Source: Lama guanicoe | Taxonomy: Eukaryota | NCBI GenBank assembly: GCA_013239625.1 | Contig: MU054187.1 | Location: forward strand, 13,548,974 to 13,612,973 | DNA length: 64,000 nucleotides | Direction of reading: 5' to 3' | Shown: positions 50,737-63,930 of the stretch, in pieces | How positions within the stretch are numbered: position 1 is the stretch's first letter | Layout of the letters: each line of letters starts with the position of its first letter | Position numbers and translations under genes: made by a program | Notes under the pieces: generated by a model | Database searches by the model: none | The model's input: only the letters and a program-made list of their open reading frames with translations | What the model was told of the DNA's origin: nothing

Positions 50737-53700
50737 CCCTAGGGGAAAAGGCATCAGAGCATCAAAAGCAGCTTCAGTCCAAGTGTCAGTGGTTTTCCAG
50801 CTGAAACAGACTTGGGTTTGAAGGGGACGATCTTTCCTAAGCAGTGGGGTCATTAGTGGGCTAAGTTAGAAGTCAGCTGAAAACCTGAAAAGAAAATGGG
50901 TGAGAGTTATTGTGTTCCCCTAAAAAAGCCTCACCATTCTTTTTCCAATTAAACTAGAAAATTGATTACCATTCTTCCAATTGCAGGAAAGTAAAATGAG
51001 CAGATGGTTGGGATCCTAGGTGTTGCCCCAGGTGAGAGCATCCTTTTGTCGCATTTATCCGCTCACCACTTTCATTGGGTATCACTAACCAAAATGAACA
51101 GATTATTAGCCAAGAGTTTACTGTGTCTTAGGCCCTGTAATTATGCGGGTTTCTCCTCCACCTTCTCCTTTGTAAATGATCATACAAGCACCAATACTAC
51201 CCACTCAGGGCGGTAGTCAGGATTTTAAGAGTCGAATTGTGTTGCTCAGAAGCGTGCCTGGCCACACGGCAAGCGAGTGGTTAGCTTTGCTACCTGTTGC
51301 TGAGTGTTCTGGAATGGACGTACAGATACCAGAGGAGTGCTTTGCCTGGTCCACAAATGTCACCAGCAGTGATGCTTAAATCATGACCTGAAGAAGGATT
51401 ATTAGCTGGCATGGGTGAAGGAGGGTCCGGGTGGGAGAAGGGTGGTCCAGGCGGCAGGAGAATCTGTTGTGAATGCCCTCAGGTGTGAAGAATCTGTGGG
51501 ATCTGAGGAACTGACCGATGGTCAAGGAGAGGTAGGAACGGAGAGGCCAGAGTGAGACTGGAGACGTCTAGAAAGACCTAGAATGTTCCAGAAGCTTGGA
51601 AAACACATGATGCTGATCCTCTAGCACCACGTGATTGAGCTGGGGAGACAGACTTACACAGATAAATATCCAGTGCAGCGAGGCAGCACGTGACAAATTC
51701 CAAAAGGACATGGAGAACTTCTGGCACCAGGAATCTGCCAAGAGGTGGCCGCCATTTTTTCCACTCCTGCCTCCACTTTAACTGGTTGCCCCCATTCACC
51801 TTCTCCTGCAAAGTCCTGGGTTTTACCTGGGCTTTGATGCCAAATGCCATGTGCTTGGGAAGCGCCGGCTTCTTGCTGTGGCTGCGCCACCTTTGCTGTC
51901 GGGCTCCTGTCCGTGGTTCCTGTGAGCTCAGCTGCCTCCAGATACTACACGTGTGCTTTAAGCTTCACTGTCTCCCTGACCCAGCAGGTCAACTTTCTTT
52001 TGTTCAACATTTTCAGAGTATTCGTCTGTGAGGGGGCAGATAGCCGCAGTTCACTTATTCTCTTTGCTACTTCATAGTTCATTGTACAAACGTCCCATGG
52101 CTGATTTAACTGCTCCGTTTCCTATGATTTTGATGTGGTTCTCACCTATCAAATTTTTAACAGGGGAATAACACAACAGAAATAGTATTTCAGGGAAAGG
52201 AGTCAACAGTCAGTGTACCAGAGGAGCTGGAGAGAAGACAAAAGAAACACAAACTATTTGAGTGCTCTCATGTGCGAGGCACCTGAACTGTCCAGGCAGG
52301 GGCGGTACCAATGGCCCAGGAGGCTGGCTCTGGTCACGGTGCACTCGAGCTCCGCCAAGAGCTGACTTGAGCTTCCTTCTCTCAGCATATGGCACACAGG
52401 GCAGCCCATGAGATCTGCTGTCACAGCTCTGCATTCCCAAACTGATGCTTAATGTCAAAATGAGAATGATGGTATCGCCCTCCTGGGATTGTTGTGACAC
52501 TTAGGTAAGATGTTTTCAGGAGTCCATTATTTCGTCAGCATTTCACAAGTCAGGATATTTAGAAAAGTTAAGCACTTTTATTCCATTTCTCCTCTGGCCC
52601 CTGTCTCCCCATTTCCTGTCCAGTGAGAATTGCTGAAATTCTTACCCTTGAGACATCAAAAGAACCAAATACTGTGCAAAAGTGCACCAGAACACAAGAC
52701 AGATAAAGCCTCTGATACAACTCTCAGGAAGGACCGTGTCATTTCAAATTCTGTCTCTTCATGGTTGTGACTCCCTATTGCAAATACACGTGTTTAGGAT
52801 TACCGAGTTAGGTACTTTTCCAAACAAATCAGTGTGAGAACCAGGGTTTATACCTCTCCATCTCCCTTTGAGCTCAGAGTGAGCAGTTTGGCTAAAGATA
52901 CGAATTATCTTCTTTGACTCTAAAGTTCCCCTCCAAGATGACAACATAACAACCCATGAACTTCCAATAAAATCAGTGGAACCTCTTCACCAAATAACTC
53001 TTGAACCATGAAGCAATTTTCCTTAAACATACCATCACTGGACACACTCCAAATAGTTAAATTAGGTTCAAGTCATAGAGATGCTGGCCTTTTTAGAAGA
53101 AAGCAGAGATTACAGTTAAAGGATATAAATGAATTTTGTTGGTCACCATCAGCAAAATTGTTGACAAGTGTAGACCTAGCTCGTTTCTAATCAGAGGGAA
53201 ACTTGGTTTGGTAATCATCAAGGTCAGCTTCTCAGTATAGCCATATTTATTTATAATGTTCACATGTCTGCAAAGTAGTTTGAGGGCAGTGAATAGAACA
53301 GAATGCTTGAGAGGTGGCTCTGATGCTCAGAGTTGTCTACAAGGTTAGCCATGAACCCAGTGGGTTTCTATACGGGAGATACCTGTGGGGGTTTTACCCA
53401 GTAGGGTAAAATTGCTACCTGTTTTGATCTGATAACATATACATGCTATAGCCTGGCTATCGATAATCTAAAGCCCTTTGATTCATCTTGCCTGGCCCAA
53501 ACAGCTTCTTCATTCTTACAGAAAAATTTAGCGTTCTAGGCTTCACCCTTTCAGTCTGAAAGAAGTAATACATCCCACTGGGTTAACTGGTTTACAACAA
53601 GAGACTGAGGCTGGTTTATCACGCACAAGAAGAAATAGATAAATGTGTGAGTCTTAGGCCAGTCTTCTCACATGCAAGAATATCAAAGGAAAGAAAAGAA

Positions 53701-54649
53701 GAATAAAGTAAATTCGTGTTCAAATTGGGGCTGATTTCTAAATCACAGCAGATGGTAAATGAAGGGGAGAGGTGACTCATCGTATCTATTTAGAGAAAAC
53801 CAGCGAACAGACTGTCACCCATCCTTTTATGAGTTTGTTTGCCTGTGCACTAGCCCAAGAAATTTACCAAATTTATTAAATTGCCCCATGGTAAAAAGGG
53901 CTTAGTGCAAAAAGTACAGGAAATCCCTATTGACCAGTCAAGTCCTTAAAGTATAGAGAAACATACACCCACCAAACTGAGGCCCACGAAGGAACATATT
54001 CCCAAGTGAGTTCTTTTTCATGCTACCAGGTGCTCGAGTTCACTTACGTAACTCAGCTGTCTGCAGTGCCTCCTCTACAAAGCCTTATACTTTGAGCACT
54101 TTGTCTTCAGCACACAGAACTGCACCTCTTTATTGGTTTCTACCACCACCCCAAGCACACTGAGCATTTTGTGAGAGTTATGAGTTCCACTCAAGAGCCT
54201 ATTGCCCTCAAATTTCTCTTGGACCGCTTCCTTTCCAGCCCCCCACTTCTTATGCTAATAATGCAACGTGCATCTCAGCCCACCTCCCAACCATGGCTGC
54301 CAGCCGACCTTGCATTCTGTTTCCCTCTTCGTAGTTCTGAAGTAGTGACAATGCCAGGCAATTCATCTGTCCCAAGTTCCACTTCAGACCTGTGTGCCAT
54401 CACACACCAAAGCATTTAGCATTCTAGTTAGAATATCCACCCTTTTGGGAAAGATTCACATAGTACATATATTTTGTGTGTGTGCCTCTGAGATATATTG
54501 ACATGTACAATGGATTTCTTCATAACATTTAGCAAGAATCTTATCCACATGGTTAAAATCTGTTTCCAAAAGGTCTGTTTACATTTTTAACCCTACTTGG
54601 GTAGAAACTAAGATCGTACATTATGTACGCACGTTCACTGATAAATGTT

Positions 54650-55130
54650 CGTGGCACACCTGCCTGATTTGGCCCCCACCCGGCTCCCCACCTGCCCCAC
54701 TGCTTTCTGTGGCCTCGCTGCAGCCATGCTGGCCTTCTTGCTAGTCTTCAAACTTGCCAAGTCTGTTCCCATGGCAGGACATGTCCCTTGCTGTTCCCTC
54801 TGTGTGAATGCTTGTCCTCTGCCTCACTCCTTCACATCAGTACAGTCTTTGCTCAAATGCTGACTTTTCAGACCTTGCCCATCCACCCTGTCTCAGGCTA
54901 CCTATCACCTGGTCCCTCTCCAGCCACTGGGCTGGCTTTACTTTTCCTTCCAGCCCTTATCTCTCCCAGAAATCATATTCTGTTTGCATGTACTCTGATT
55001 TTTCACTGTCTTTCTGTTACTGCATGTGAACTCCACGAGGCCAGGAAACGTGTCTTTGTTCACTGCCTTCTGTCTTGTGCTGGGAACAGCGAGAGCCCAG
55101 CACTCAGTGAGTCACAGTAAACACTTACGA
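54650..55130 (+). mobile_element. L2 LINE relic
   Basis: cagccatgctggccttcttgct...ttgctgttccctctg...tttgctcaaatg...atgtgaactccacgaggccagg...gtctttgttcactgc. Confidence 0.75.
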
Positions 55131-55204
55131 AACCAGGTGTTGGTTCCTGTATTTTCATTTTCGTATGCATTCCTTATTTTTATCTCTGCAACTTTTAGGT
55201 CTAA

Positions 55205-55506
55205 CATAGAACAAAAAGGCCAACTATCCCCTCAAACAAGAGGGGATTCTTCTTGCCCGACTGCCTTTGAGGTGTGACATTGGGTTTCTTCCTGCCTTTG
55301 GACTTGAACTTAAACCTCAGCTCTTCCTGGGTCTCGAGCCTGTTGGTTTTTGACTGGAACTTCTCTTTTGACTCGCCTGAATCGCCAGCTTGCCGACTGC
55401 AGATCCGTGATCATCATGCGGGACAGTGTCTTATAATACATGCATACATCATACATATAAACAAACATCCTGTTGACTCTGTTTTTCTGGAAAACCCTGA
55501 TCCACA
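55205..55506 (+). mobile_element. MLT2 (ERVL) LTR 3' part
   Basis: cctgcctttggacttgaact...gctcttcctgggtctcgagcctg...ccagcttgccgactgcagat...tctgtttttctggaaaaccctga. Confidence 0.85.
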
Positions 55507-56356
55507 GAGGTTGTCTGTTTTTTCTGTAAGTGACACAGAGATAAACACTAGGCATGTCGACAGACTACCTCACAGAGGGGTGCCCTTGGTCAACTCCCCC
55601 AGGGGAAGGACCACAGATGGTTGATTCCAGTTACCACTGCCGTGAGACACGTACCTCAAGGAGCCTATGAATCCTGGCTCATTTCTTTCATTCAAATGTG
55701 TAAACAGAGGTCAGCGCACTCACATTAAACCACATAGCATTTCAACAGTACTTTGCAAGCCAAGAACCCTCCATCACGCATTTCCCTGCGATAAAAGCTG
55801 AGTCTCGGGGCAAAGCCTGTCAGCACCAAGCGCGCCTTTACTTACGCTCCTTCCTGTCACATTTACAGTGTGTGTCACCCCACCTTTGAACTGCGTTTTC
55901 TAAAAATGAGTTAATTTTGCTTGGATGAGTTGGTTTTAATAAAGAATACATTTGTCTCTCACATTTGAACTACCTAAAGCAAGTTCTTTTTTCCCCACTC
56001 AGACATTTCCAGACATTGTGTACATTTTAAATTCCAAGACATTTTGGATGATGTTTAAATGAATTCTAATCATAGAATATTGAGAAAATGACTCTTGAAA
56101 TACAAGGATTGCGTTTGTGGGATTTTTTTTTTCATTTTCATCTGCCTGAGAGGAGTCTAAAATATGTATTCTTTTCTCTGTGCTAATTAGATGTTTATTG
56201 GACTGTAAGCAAATAAATTCTAACTCAGTCTCCTCCAGTTGCTTTGTATTTCGTTTGTACAGTTCTGTTGACTGTAAGGCAGAATTTCAAAGAGAGAGAG
56301 AAGCGCAACGGTGTTGTACATCAAAATTCTTTGCCACTCTCCTTTGGAGTCAGTCT

Positions 56357-56521
56357 GTTTTTGTTTGTTTTTTTAAGATAACTTATTTATTTACTTAGGG
56401 TTTTTGTCGGAGGAGGGAGGTAATTAGGTTTATTTCTTTCTTCATTTTTAGAGGAGGTGCTGGACCTTTGTGACCCCAGGACCTTGTGCATGTGCTCTGC
56501 CACTTGAGCTGTACCCTCCCA
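56357..56521 (-). mobile_element. Camelid tRNA-derived SINE (Vic-1-like), more diverged copy
   Basis: Minus strand reads GGGAGGGTACAGCTCAAGTGGCAGAGCACATGCACAAGGTCCTGGG...CAGCACCTCCTCTAAAAA...AAACCTAATTACCTCC. TSD TTGG(A/C)GTCAGTCT at 56344-56356 / 56524-56536. Confidence 0.85.
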
Positions 56522-56651
56522 CCTTGGCGTCAGTCTTTTTATCTGTTTTCTTAAGGTGGCAGAGACTAATCTCAGCCCTCTTTACATCTTCAGTGTCTGC
56601 CAGCACATAATAAGTGCTCAATAATGTTTTTTTTTTTTTTGGAAACTTGAG

Positions 56652-57010
56652 TTTTTTAATTGAAGTAGAGTTGATTTACAATATTATATTAGTTTCAGGT
56701 GTACAGCATAGTGATTCAGTATTTTTAAAGGTTATGCTCCATTATTACAAGATCATGGATATAATTCCCTGTGCTATACAATATATCCCTGTTGCTCATC
56801 TATTTTGTGGGTAGTAGTTTGTATCTGTTAATCCCATACTCCTAACTTCCACCCCCTCCCTTTCCCCTTTGGTAACCACTAGTTTGTTTTCTATGTCAGT
56901 GAGTCTGTTTCTTTCACATATACGTTCACTTGTATTATTTCTTATTATATGTATAGTTTCCACATACAAGTAATACCATACAGAGTTTGTCTTTCTCTGA
57001 CTTACTTCAC
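56652..57010 (-). mobile_element. Cetartiodactyl L1 3' end
   Basis: ttaattgaagtagagttgatttacaatattatattagtttcaggtgtacagcatagtgattcag...ttccctgtgctatacaa. Confidence 0.9.
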
Positions 57011-60000
57011 TGATCAGTAGTGATTTTTGATGACCACAGTTACCCTTTACTTAAGCAACAGTGAGAATTACACTTGTCAATGCCTTGTAAAGTGAAATCA
57101 GTCAAATGTGGGTACGGATTTGAATCGCCTGCCGAAATTTATGCTATTTTGCATACTTCTGCTTGTTCTATGCCTGTAGATTTGGGTGGGTTTTGTGTCT
57201 GAGTTTGCTGAGAAGGTGCACTGCCTTCCCTCGGCTAGTTTGCCCCAGCTGTCTAGAGACCTGTATTTTGACACTTAGGTTGCTGTCTCTTTCCGAGGGA
57301 TTGAGTTTACTCGCCAGCACGTGGGCTCCGCCCCACGACTGCCCTGCGGGAAAAGATAAAATAGATGGACTGTTTTCTAAGTTTTTGAGACAAACTTACT
57401 TTTATCTCCTCTTTTTAGAATTTTCTTAACTACTTCCATTATCCTTGAATCGGCGTTCTATATAATATACAATTTCTGAGATCTCGAAGGTAGACCTGTC
57501 ATGGGTTCTGGCCTCCGGCCAAGCTTCTTTATGTGCCTGTGGGGACCCAGGGCAGCCTGGGCTCCTCCCTCAAATTGATTCAGTGGAGCCATCAGCTCAA
57601 GGGGGAAGGGTGTCTTCGGTTTTTACAATTTAGAGAGGAAACACATTATGAAGAGATTTGAAAGATTTACTAGGCTGAAGAATGAAATGTGAGAGAGAAC
57701 GTCTATCATTGTAAAGTTTTTGATTGCTGTCAAGAGAGTCTTTTGTGAGGTACTGTAACAAATTGAAGATCAAGGAACAAAAACATTTGAGAGCAGAAAC
57801 CTGTTGTAAAGATATGAAACAGAAAAAAAGTTACAAAATGAGCAGGCATAAAGAAGATACGAACATATTTGCTACCCATTGTAGTGAAGTTATTCTGAGA
57901 ACATGCCAGAATATTTCAAAGTTGCCTGGGTACCTTAGATGAGTCAGATATTAAATAATCCAGATAAAACGTCCACTTCAGCTTTTTAAATTTCAGGCTA
58001 TAGTCTCCCAAGGACAGCACCAGAAATTTCATCACTAACAATTTTAATATGGACGAGAAAGTGATCAGATGTTGCCTTATGCGAAAAGAATTCAGAAATC
58101 ACAAGGAAAATGCCTTTATATGAGACGAGATTTAATGGAATTTCAAAAGTTCCCTCAAAAGGTAGTTTTCTATAGTTGTTCTTTCAAAACAAGTCGAGTA
58201 TGTCACAAGAAAAATAAACTCACCCTGAAAGGAGTGACAATAGACTGTACAGTAAACTTTACATCCTGTGGTCCATTCATGGGAGAAGTTCTCTCTCCTG
58301 TCTTACTGACCAGGAAGGCAGAGATTTGGGAGTAGAGTTTGATGTGTGATCTGCTGGCAAGAACCATCTACGCTGAGAAGTACGTTGAAGAATTCATAGA
58401 AGGGATGCTGACTCTCTCTCTCCCTCTGACAAGAGGTTAGGACAAACACTCACTCTTTAAAACTGAAAGGTATGTTTCTAACTATGCCAGTCAACACGTT
58501 CCAGAGCATGCAGTGATTAGATAAACATTTTTGCTCATCTATAAATTTTAACCCTGTCAGGTGCCCCGTAGTTGGTGACCATGTATAGGAATCATATGCA
58601 TTTATGAGCCTTTACGGACATAATCTTTTTAAAATCAAGCTCAGATTTCTATTGTACATCAGCTAGTTCAAATTAAAGCAATGCAGGAAAAAAAGATATT
58701 TGCAAGAATTGCATATGCAACCAAGCATTTATTTATCTAAACAAAGTTTTAAGAACTATAAAATGGTTGAACCTTGGGTTAGCATTCTGAGAAAACAGCA
58801 GAAAGACTAATGAGATATTAAACGAGATTATCCAATGAGCAGCAGGACCAAAATGAACCTGCATGAACCTCTGTGTATCTTCCACAGAGAACCCCAAAGA
58901 ACGGAAGAAAAATTGTAAATAGGAAGAGTGAAACTAATCACATAGAATTACTGGATAAGAATAGTCATCTAATTGTAGTAAATGTGGGAGAATAGAAAAG
59001 AAGTATCTAATGAGCACTGCAATGCAGGCTAAAACGTGTCAAACTATTATAATATCCATACCTATTGATCAAGATTTGTTAGAATGGCTAACGTTTTAAA
59101 GGACTTCATTTTTTATTAGTTTTTGTTGTAATTCAGTATTACTAAGGATTTAATTCTTGGTGGTCATGACTATACACATTTGATCATGATGATAACATTA
59201 GTTATGTGGGGAAATGGGCTTCCTTTTATCTAATGAAATACCATATTCTCCCACTGGATGGCAATAATGGTTCAAAAACCACGACTGCTTTCAAGTAGGA
59301 ATAGTGTCATAATCATCTTAGTATCCCCTACACCCAAAACAGTGGCTGGTACCTATAGACATTTGATAAACATTTGTTAAACAGAAAGAAACTGAAGGTA
59401 TATTTAGTTTTATATGGGTAATTTTAAATTATGTAAAATTCCCTTCCAACCATCCCTGGCTCTCCATCTTTGCAAATGTTGTAAAGGAATGTCAGCATTT
59501 ATTTATTCCCTCAACAGAAGTATTGGGGACTTAATGATACATCAGTCACCTGTTAGGGGCTGAGAGTTTATATATGAATAATACCAGGTATCTGCCCTCA
59601 GGGAATTAACAGTTTAATAAAGTAGAGACTTATAAACAAATAATTTTAGAAGGTTCTAGAAGTACTTATAGAGATACATACAGACAGACTTCTGTGGGAA
59701 AAGAGAGAAAAGGAGCAATACATTCTAATAACAGACAGGTCTTAAAAGTCTTCAAAAAGAACGCACTGAGGTGTTTTGCAGCCTGTTCACCTACCCATCA
59801 AAATACACAAATCTCTCATCCGTCAGCAGCATAAACTTTCAGAACCACAACATCCACTAGAGAAGATGTCAAATTAGAAGTCATCCAGCGCCTGTCAAAA
59901 TTCAGACTGACACAAGTGAGATTCCATGAAGAGATGCTAAGTGTGTGAAAGACATTATCTATCGACTTGTTTGGAAAACAACAGATTTGAGCCAGGTGCA

Positions 60001-60201
60001 GAGAGTGTTTTTGCCTCCCCACATCTCTCTAAATCTTGATCAAAAGCTGCATGAGTAGGGTGTTCCTCATCCCAAAAAAGTCATTAAGAAGAGCCCCACA
60101 GAGCCCCGGGGCAAGTGTTCCTCCTCCCCATCCCCCTCTTGCATGGGGCTTCTGCTGAGAAGACCTCGCAGGAGACCGGCATCCTGTCGTCACTAGTGCA
60201 T

Positions 60202-60215
60202 CCAGGAGAGGGCGC
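60202..60215 (+). promoter_or_regulatory. Candidate CTCF site
   Basis: CCAGGAGAGGGCGC is one mismatch from CCAGCAGAGGGCGC, in unique sequence with retained CpGs. Confidence 0.5.
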
Positions 60216-60859
60216 CCCTGAACGCCCTTTGACAGGGTCTACGTAGACTTGAACGGAAGGGAGAGTCTTGTGGTCTCTCCTCCCCTAGTTTCAGTCCTCT
60301 CACACAGCAGATTTCAGTGGCTTGACTTCTGTGAATACCATTTCTGCCAGACACTTATTTTGTTTACTTAGTTCTGTTTGGTAAACACTGAAAACCCTCT
60401 CACTGTCTTCCCCCGGAGCTAGAACTGTCAGCTACCAGGAGCTAAAAATAAGAGGGATTCGCAGGCATTTAAACAAATACTGACATTTAAACAGAGTCTC
60501 TCTTCTTTTATTCTAAGAATTCAAAAATAAGGTCCAGGCAATTATTTTTCACATACATTAGTGTATTTCAGGGAAAAGTAGTGCCATGTTTTAGTATCTG
60601 TAACTTAGAATTCTCATCTAAGCAAAAAAATGTTCTGACTTCTCAGGAACCCATTTGACAAACATCCCTTAGGGAGACTGATCCATAGATATATCAGTAC
60701 TTTATTTTAAATGTGAATCCCCCTTATGAAAAACATATTTTCATTGGCCAATAAAATTCTCTCAGTCACTCAGTGATTTTCCCATCTCCAATGTAAGTCC
60801 TTATTAGGAAAAGCGGGACGTGAACTGACATAGTTTGGTGTCTGTTAGGTTATGGTTGT

Positions 60860-61050
60860 CTGATGAGCAATTTCCACACATTGCCTCCTTCAGGTTTTTA
60901 TAACGATCCTCTTAGGGAGACATTATTTTCACCATTTCCCTGAGGAGAAGACAGATTTGAGGGACTAAATAAATTTCAAAGATCACATAGCCAAAAAAGT
61001 GTCAATGCTGGGATTTGAGCCATGGTTGATCTGATTTTTAAACTGCTGCT
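60860..61050 (-). mobile_element. MIR SINE
   Basis: cattattttcaccattt...tgaggagaagacag...gatcacatagcc...gctgggatttgagcc...tctgatt. Confidence 0.65.
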
Positions 61051-61527
61051 TCCAGATTTGTGAGATTTATTCTATTCTTGACACATGTATGGAATAGTGT
61101 CAAGACTAGGCTCTCTTCCTCCAGCCCTGGTTTTAGAGGAAGGGATTGCAGTAATGAGATAATTTTCTACAGTGTACATCTTGTACATCTGACATCATAT
61201 CAATAATTAAATGTGGTTTAATTGTATATGTAGTTATGTTTTGGTGCAGGTGAGACTCACAATTCAATAGCAATAATGAGAATGAATTAGAATTTAGATT
61301 CTAAAATCTGGCTTGTATACCATGTCTTCTTTACTCTCATTGAATATATTGAAATAAAACCACTGCCAAGTAAAATGGCTGAACAGTGAACTAATGGAAC
61401 ATCTTAGGGTTCTTGGTGTGTTTGGGTCTTCCTGGTGTTCCAGCTTTACTCTAGGCCAGGGGATTACAGCCCCCTGCAGGCAGATGTTGACTATTACCTT
61501 TTCTAATCTTTTAAATTACCTGCCAAT

Positions 61528-61948
61528 CAAAAAAGAATGAAATAATGCCTTTTTCAGCAACATGGATGGGCTTAGAGATTATCACGTTGAATGAAATGAA
61601 GTCAGAGAAGGAAAAGTATTACATATCACTTATATGTGGAATCTAAGAAATAGTACAAATGAACCTATTTACAAAACAGAAACAGACCCACAGACACAGA
61701 AATCAAACTTCGGTTACCAAAGGAAAAGGAGGGGTGAGATAAATTGGGAGCACAGGGTTTAAAGATACACACTACTATACATAAAACAACTGTGTAGCGC
61801 AAGGAACTATAGTCAGTATCTTTCAATAACCCACGTGGAAAAGAATTTTTAAAGAATATAGATACATACATACATACGTACAACCGAATCACTCTGCTGT
61901 ACCCCTGAAACTGACGCAATATTGTAAATCACCTGTACTTCAGTAAAA
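61528..61948 (+). mobile_element. Cetartiodactyl L1 3' end
   Basis: aaaaagaatgaaataatgcc...cagcaacatggatgg...tagagattatc...atcacttatatgtggaatctaa...gaatcactctgctgtacccctgaaact. Confidence 0.9.
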
Positions 61949-62324
61949 AGAGGAGATGGACGATGGCCTTTGTTATTCGTATAAGCGAGCAGAACATTCC
62001 AGGCCTTTCCTGGTTCAGCTGCTTCTCTGTGTTGGCCTTGAGGCTTTCGCATCTCTGTCTCACTTGGTAAGGACTTTGCAGTGGCTTGAGGTCACTCTTT
62101 GAAATGTAGGAAAGTAGCTTTCACCTCCAAGTTCTGACTCCATTTCTATTTCTCAGTTCTTTGTTTCTGTCAAGGCTGGTTTGACATCTTTATTTTGGTA
62201 CCTGATTAGTCCTTTCATAAGACCCCACCTAAAAGTAGGCCCTGCGCTTCATTTTAAATTTAATCTTACACTGGCCTTAAACTCTTCTGATTTTCTTCCT
62301 AGGGATGCCCGTGTAAATTTAACT

Positions 62325-63035
62325 ATAAAGGTCCGAGTGGAATCTCATCTGAATGCTTGACTGGGAAGAAACTGCTTCCAAGTGTGTGTAGTCGTTGGTA
62401 GGACTTAGTTCCCCAGGGACTGCTGGACCGAAGGCCTCAGTTCCAGAGGCTGTCATCAGTTTCTTACCACTCGGGCAGATCTGGGGGAAAATTCACTTCT
62501 GAACTCAGCCAGGTTGTTGGAAGAATCTAGTTCTTTGTGATTTTAAGACTGAGGTCTGTGTTCCCTTTCTGGCCATCACTTGGAGTCTAGTCTTTGTTCC
62601 TCAGAGCTGCCTGGACCCCTCATCACATGGGCCCCGCCATCTGCAAAGCCAACAACGGTGTGGAGAATCTTTCTCATGCTTCAGGTTTCTCTTACTTCCC
62701 CTTTTAACACCAGCCAGAGAAATTTCATTGTTTTTAAGGACTTATGTAATTAGATTAGGCCCACCGAGATAATCTCCCTGGGTTGAGGTCATGTGCCACT
62801 GAACATAGCACAGTGATGAGAGTGATACCTTATTATATTTGCAGATTCTGGGTGTTAGAACCCAACATCTTTGGGGAGCCAGAAATTCTGCCACCACAAG
62901 CAGTTTTGATTCACTGAAGTGTGGTAGGTTTAGAAAGCAATACAGCCTGCCAGCAAGATGCAAGTCACAGCGGTGTGTGAACAGCAGGAGGCAGTGAACA
63001 CTGGGGCCCCATCACACCATGGTCTGCCTGCCATC
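62325..63035 (-). mobile_element. MLT1F-like LTR interrupted by an MLT1E-like LTR (~62475-62898)
   Basis: Two successive MLT1-type blocks (gttggtaggacttagttcc; gttgttggaagaatctagttcttt) and two LTR termini (agaaattctgccaccaca at ~62898; ggtctgcctgccat at ~63034). Confidence 0.65.
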
Positions 63036-63769
63036 CTGTCTAATGTTCCTATTTCCTCTGTGAAGTAGGGGCTGAGAGTGAGCAGGAGTTGCTATGGCCA
63101 GAAAGGGTACCATAGCAACTCCTGTGAAGAAAGGGGAAGAAAGGGGAAATTTAGGAAGAAAGGGGAAATTTTATGCTCATCACAGTGGAGAATAATGAAG
63201 CAAACAGACTAGGGAAACGTGGAAGGACTGCTGGGCAGTACCAGATGACGCCCGGAGGTTGGAAGTTAGGAATTTCGCTTATTAAAAAAAGACTCACAAA
63301 ATGCTTCCAGTTTTCCAAAATCTCAGTCTGATTTATGTGGCATAGATACCAGATGGCATTTCTAGAGTTATGAATGGTCTGAGAGACTTTGGTTAATTTA
63401 GCTACAGCAAATAGGCCATTCTTTGCAAGATCATCTTATGCGTAGCCATGGCTCCAAAGAGATATTATACCCGAAGTCCAGAGATTTATGCTCACAGACA
63501 TGTTTATTTTGGGGGAAGTAATCAAATATTTAGTCAATATGATACTATAACTAAAATGTGAAATTACTACTGAGAAATGCAAGGCCTAGTTGGATAAACA
63601 TTTAGTTAAAACAACTGAGCTGGCAACTGTGTTCATGGATTCAAAATTTTCTTAGGAATCTCCAGTCTTGCACAATTTGAACAACTGTGCATAGACTAAA
63701 GTTACTGAATGAAAATAGCCTTCAATAAGCAGATGAAAAGTATGTAACTTTAGAGCTCTCATGTGTGTT

Positions 63770-63930
63770 GCTGGGTAGCAGAATATTGTTCTGACCTTAG
63801 ACGAGTTACTGAACCTCTGGAAGCCTTAGTTTCTTTATCTGGCAAATTGGAACAATAATATATCTCTCACAAATTAACTGTAAGTATTAAATGAGACAAC
63901 ATCGTAATTAGTACGGAGTAAGCAATATGT
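63770..63930 (+). mobile_element. MIR SINE
   Basis: tgaccttagacgagttactgaacctctggaagccttagtttctttatctggcaaattggaacaataata...attaaatgaga. Confidence 0.8.

Noticed and set aside
58785..58836. Nucleotide stretch loosely resembling the last TRPA1 exon (ctgagaaaacagca...attaaac.gattatcca)
   Set aside because: Needs gaps, contains stops, is A-rich and isolated. Not supportable without a statistical search.
59815..59877. + strand peptide LIRQQHKLSEPQHPLEK, faintly like the TRPA1 coiled-coil ILKQKYRLKDLTFLLEK
   Set aside because: Only a few identities, followed by a stop, on the opposite strand to TRPA1, with no supporting neighbouring exons or splice context. Consistent with chance.
6537..61948. 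Recurrent ~150-400-bp sequence (…tagcacagggaac…) at about ten positions, superficially like a dispersed array
   Set aside because: Independent 5'-truncated L1 3' ends in both orientations at irregular spacing. Not CRISPR or a segmental repeat.
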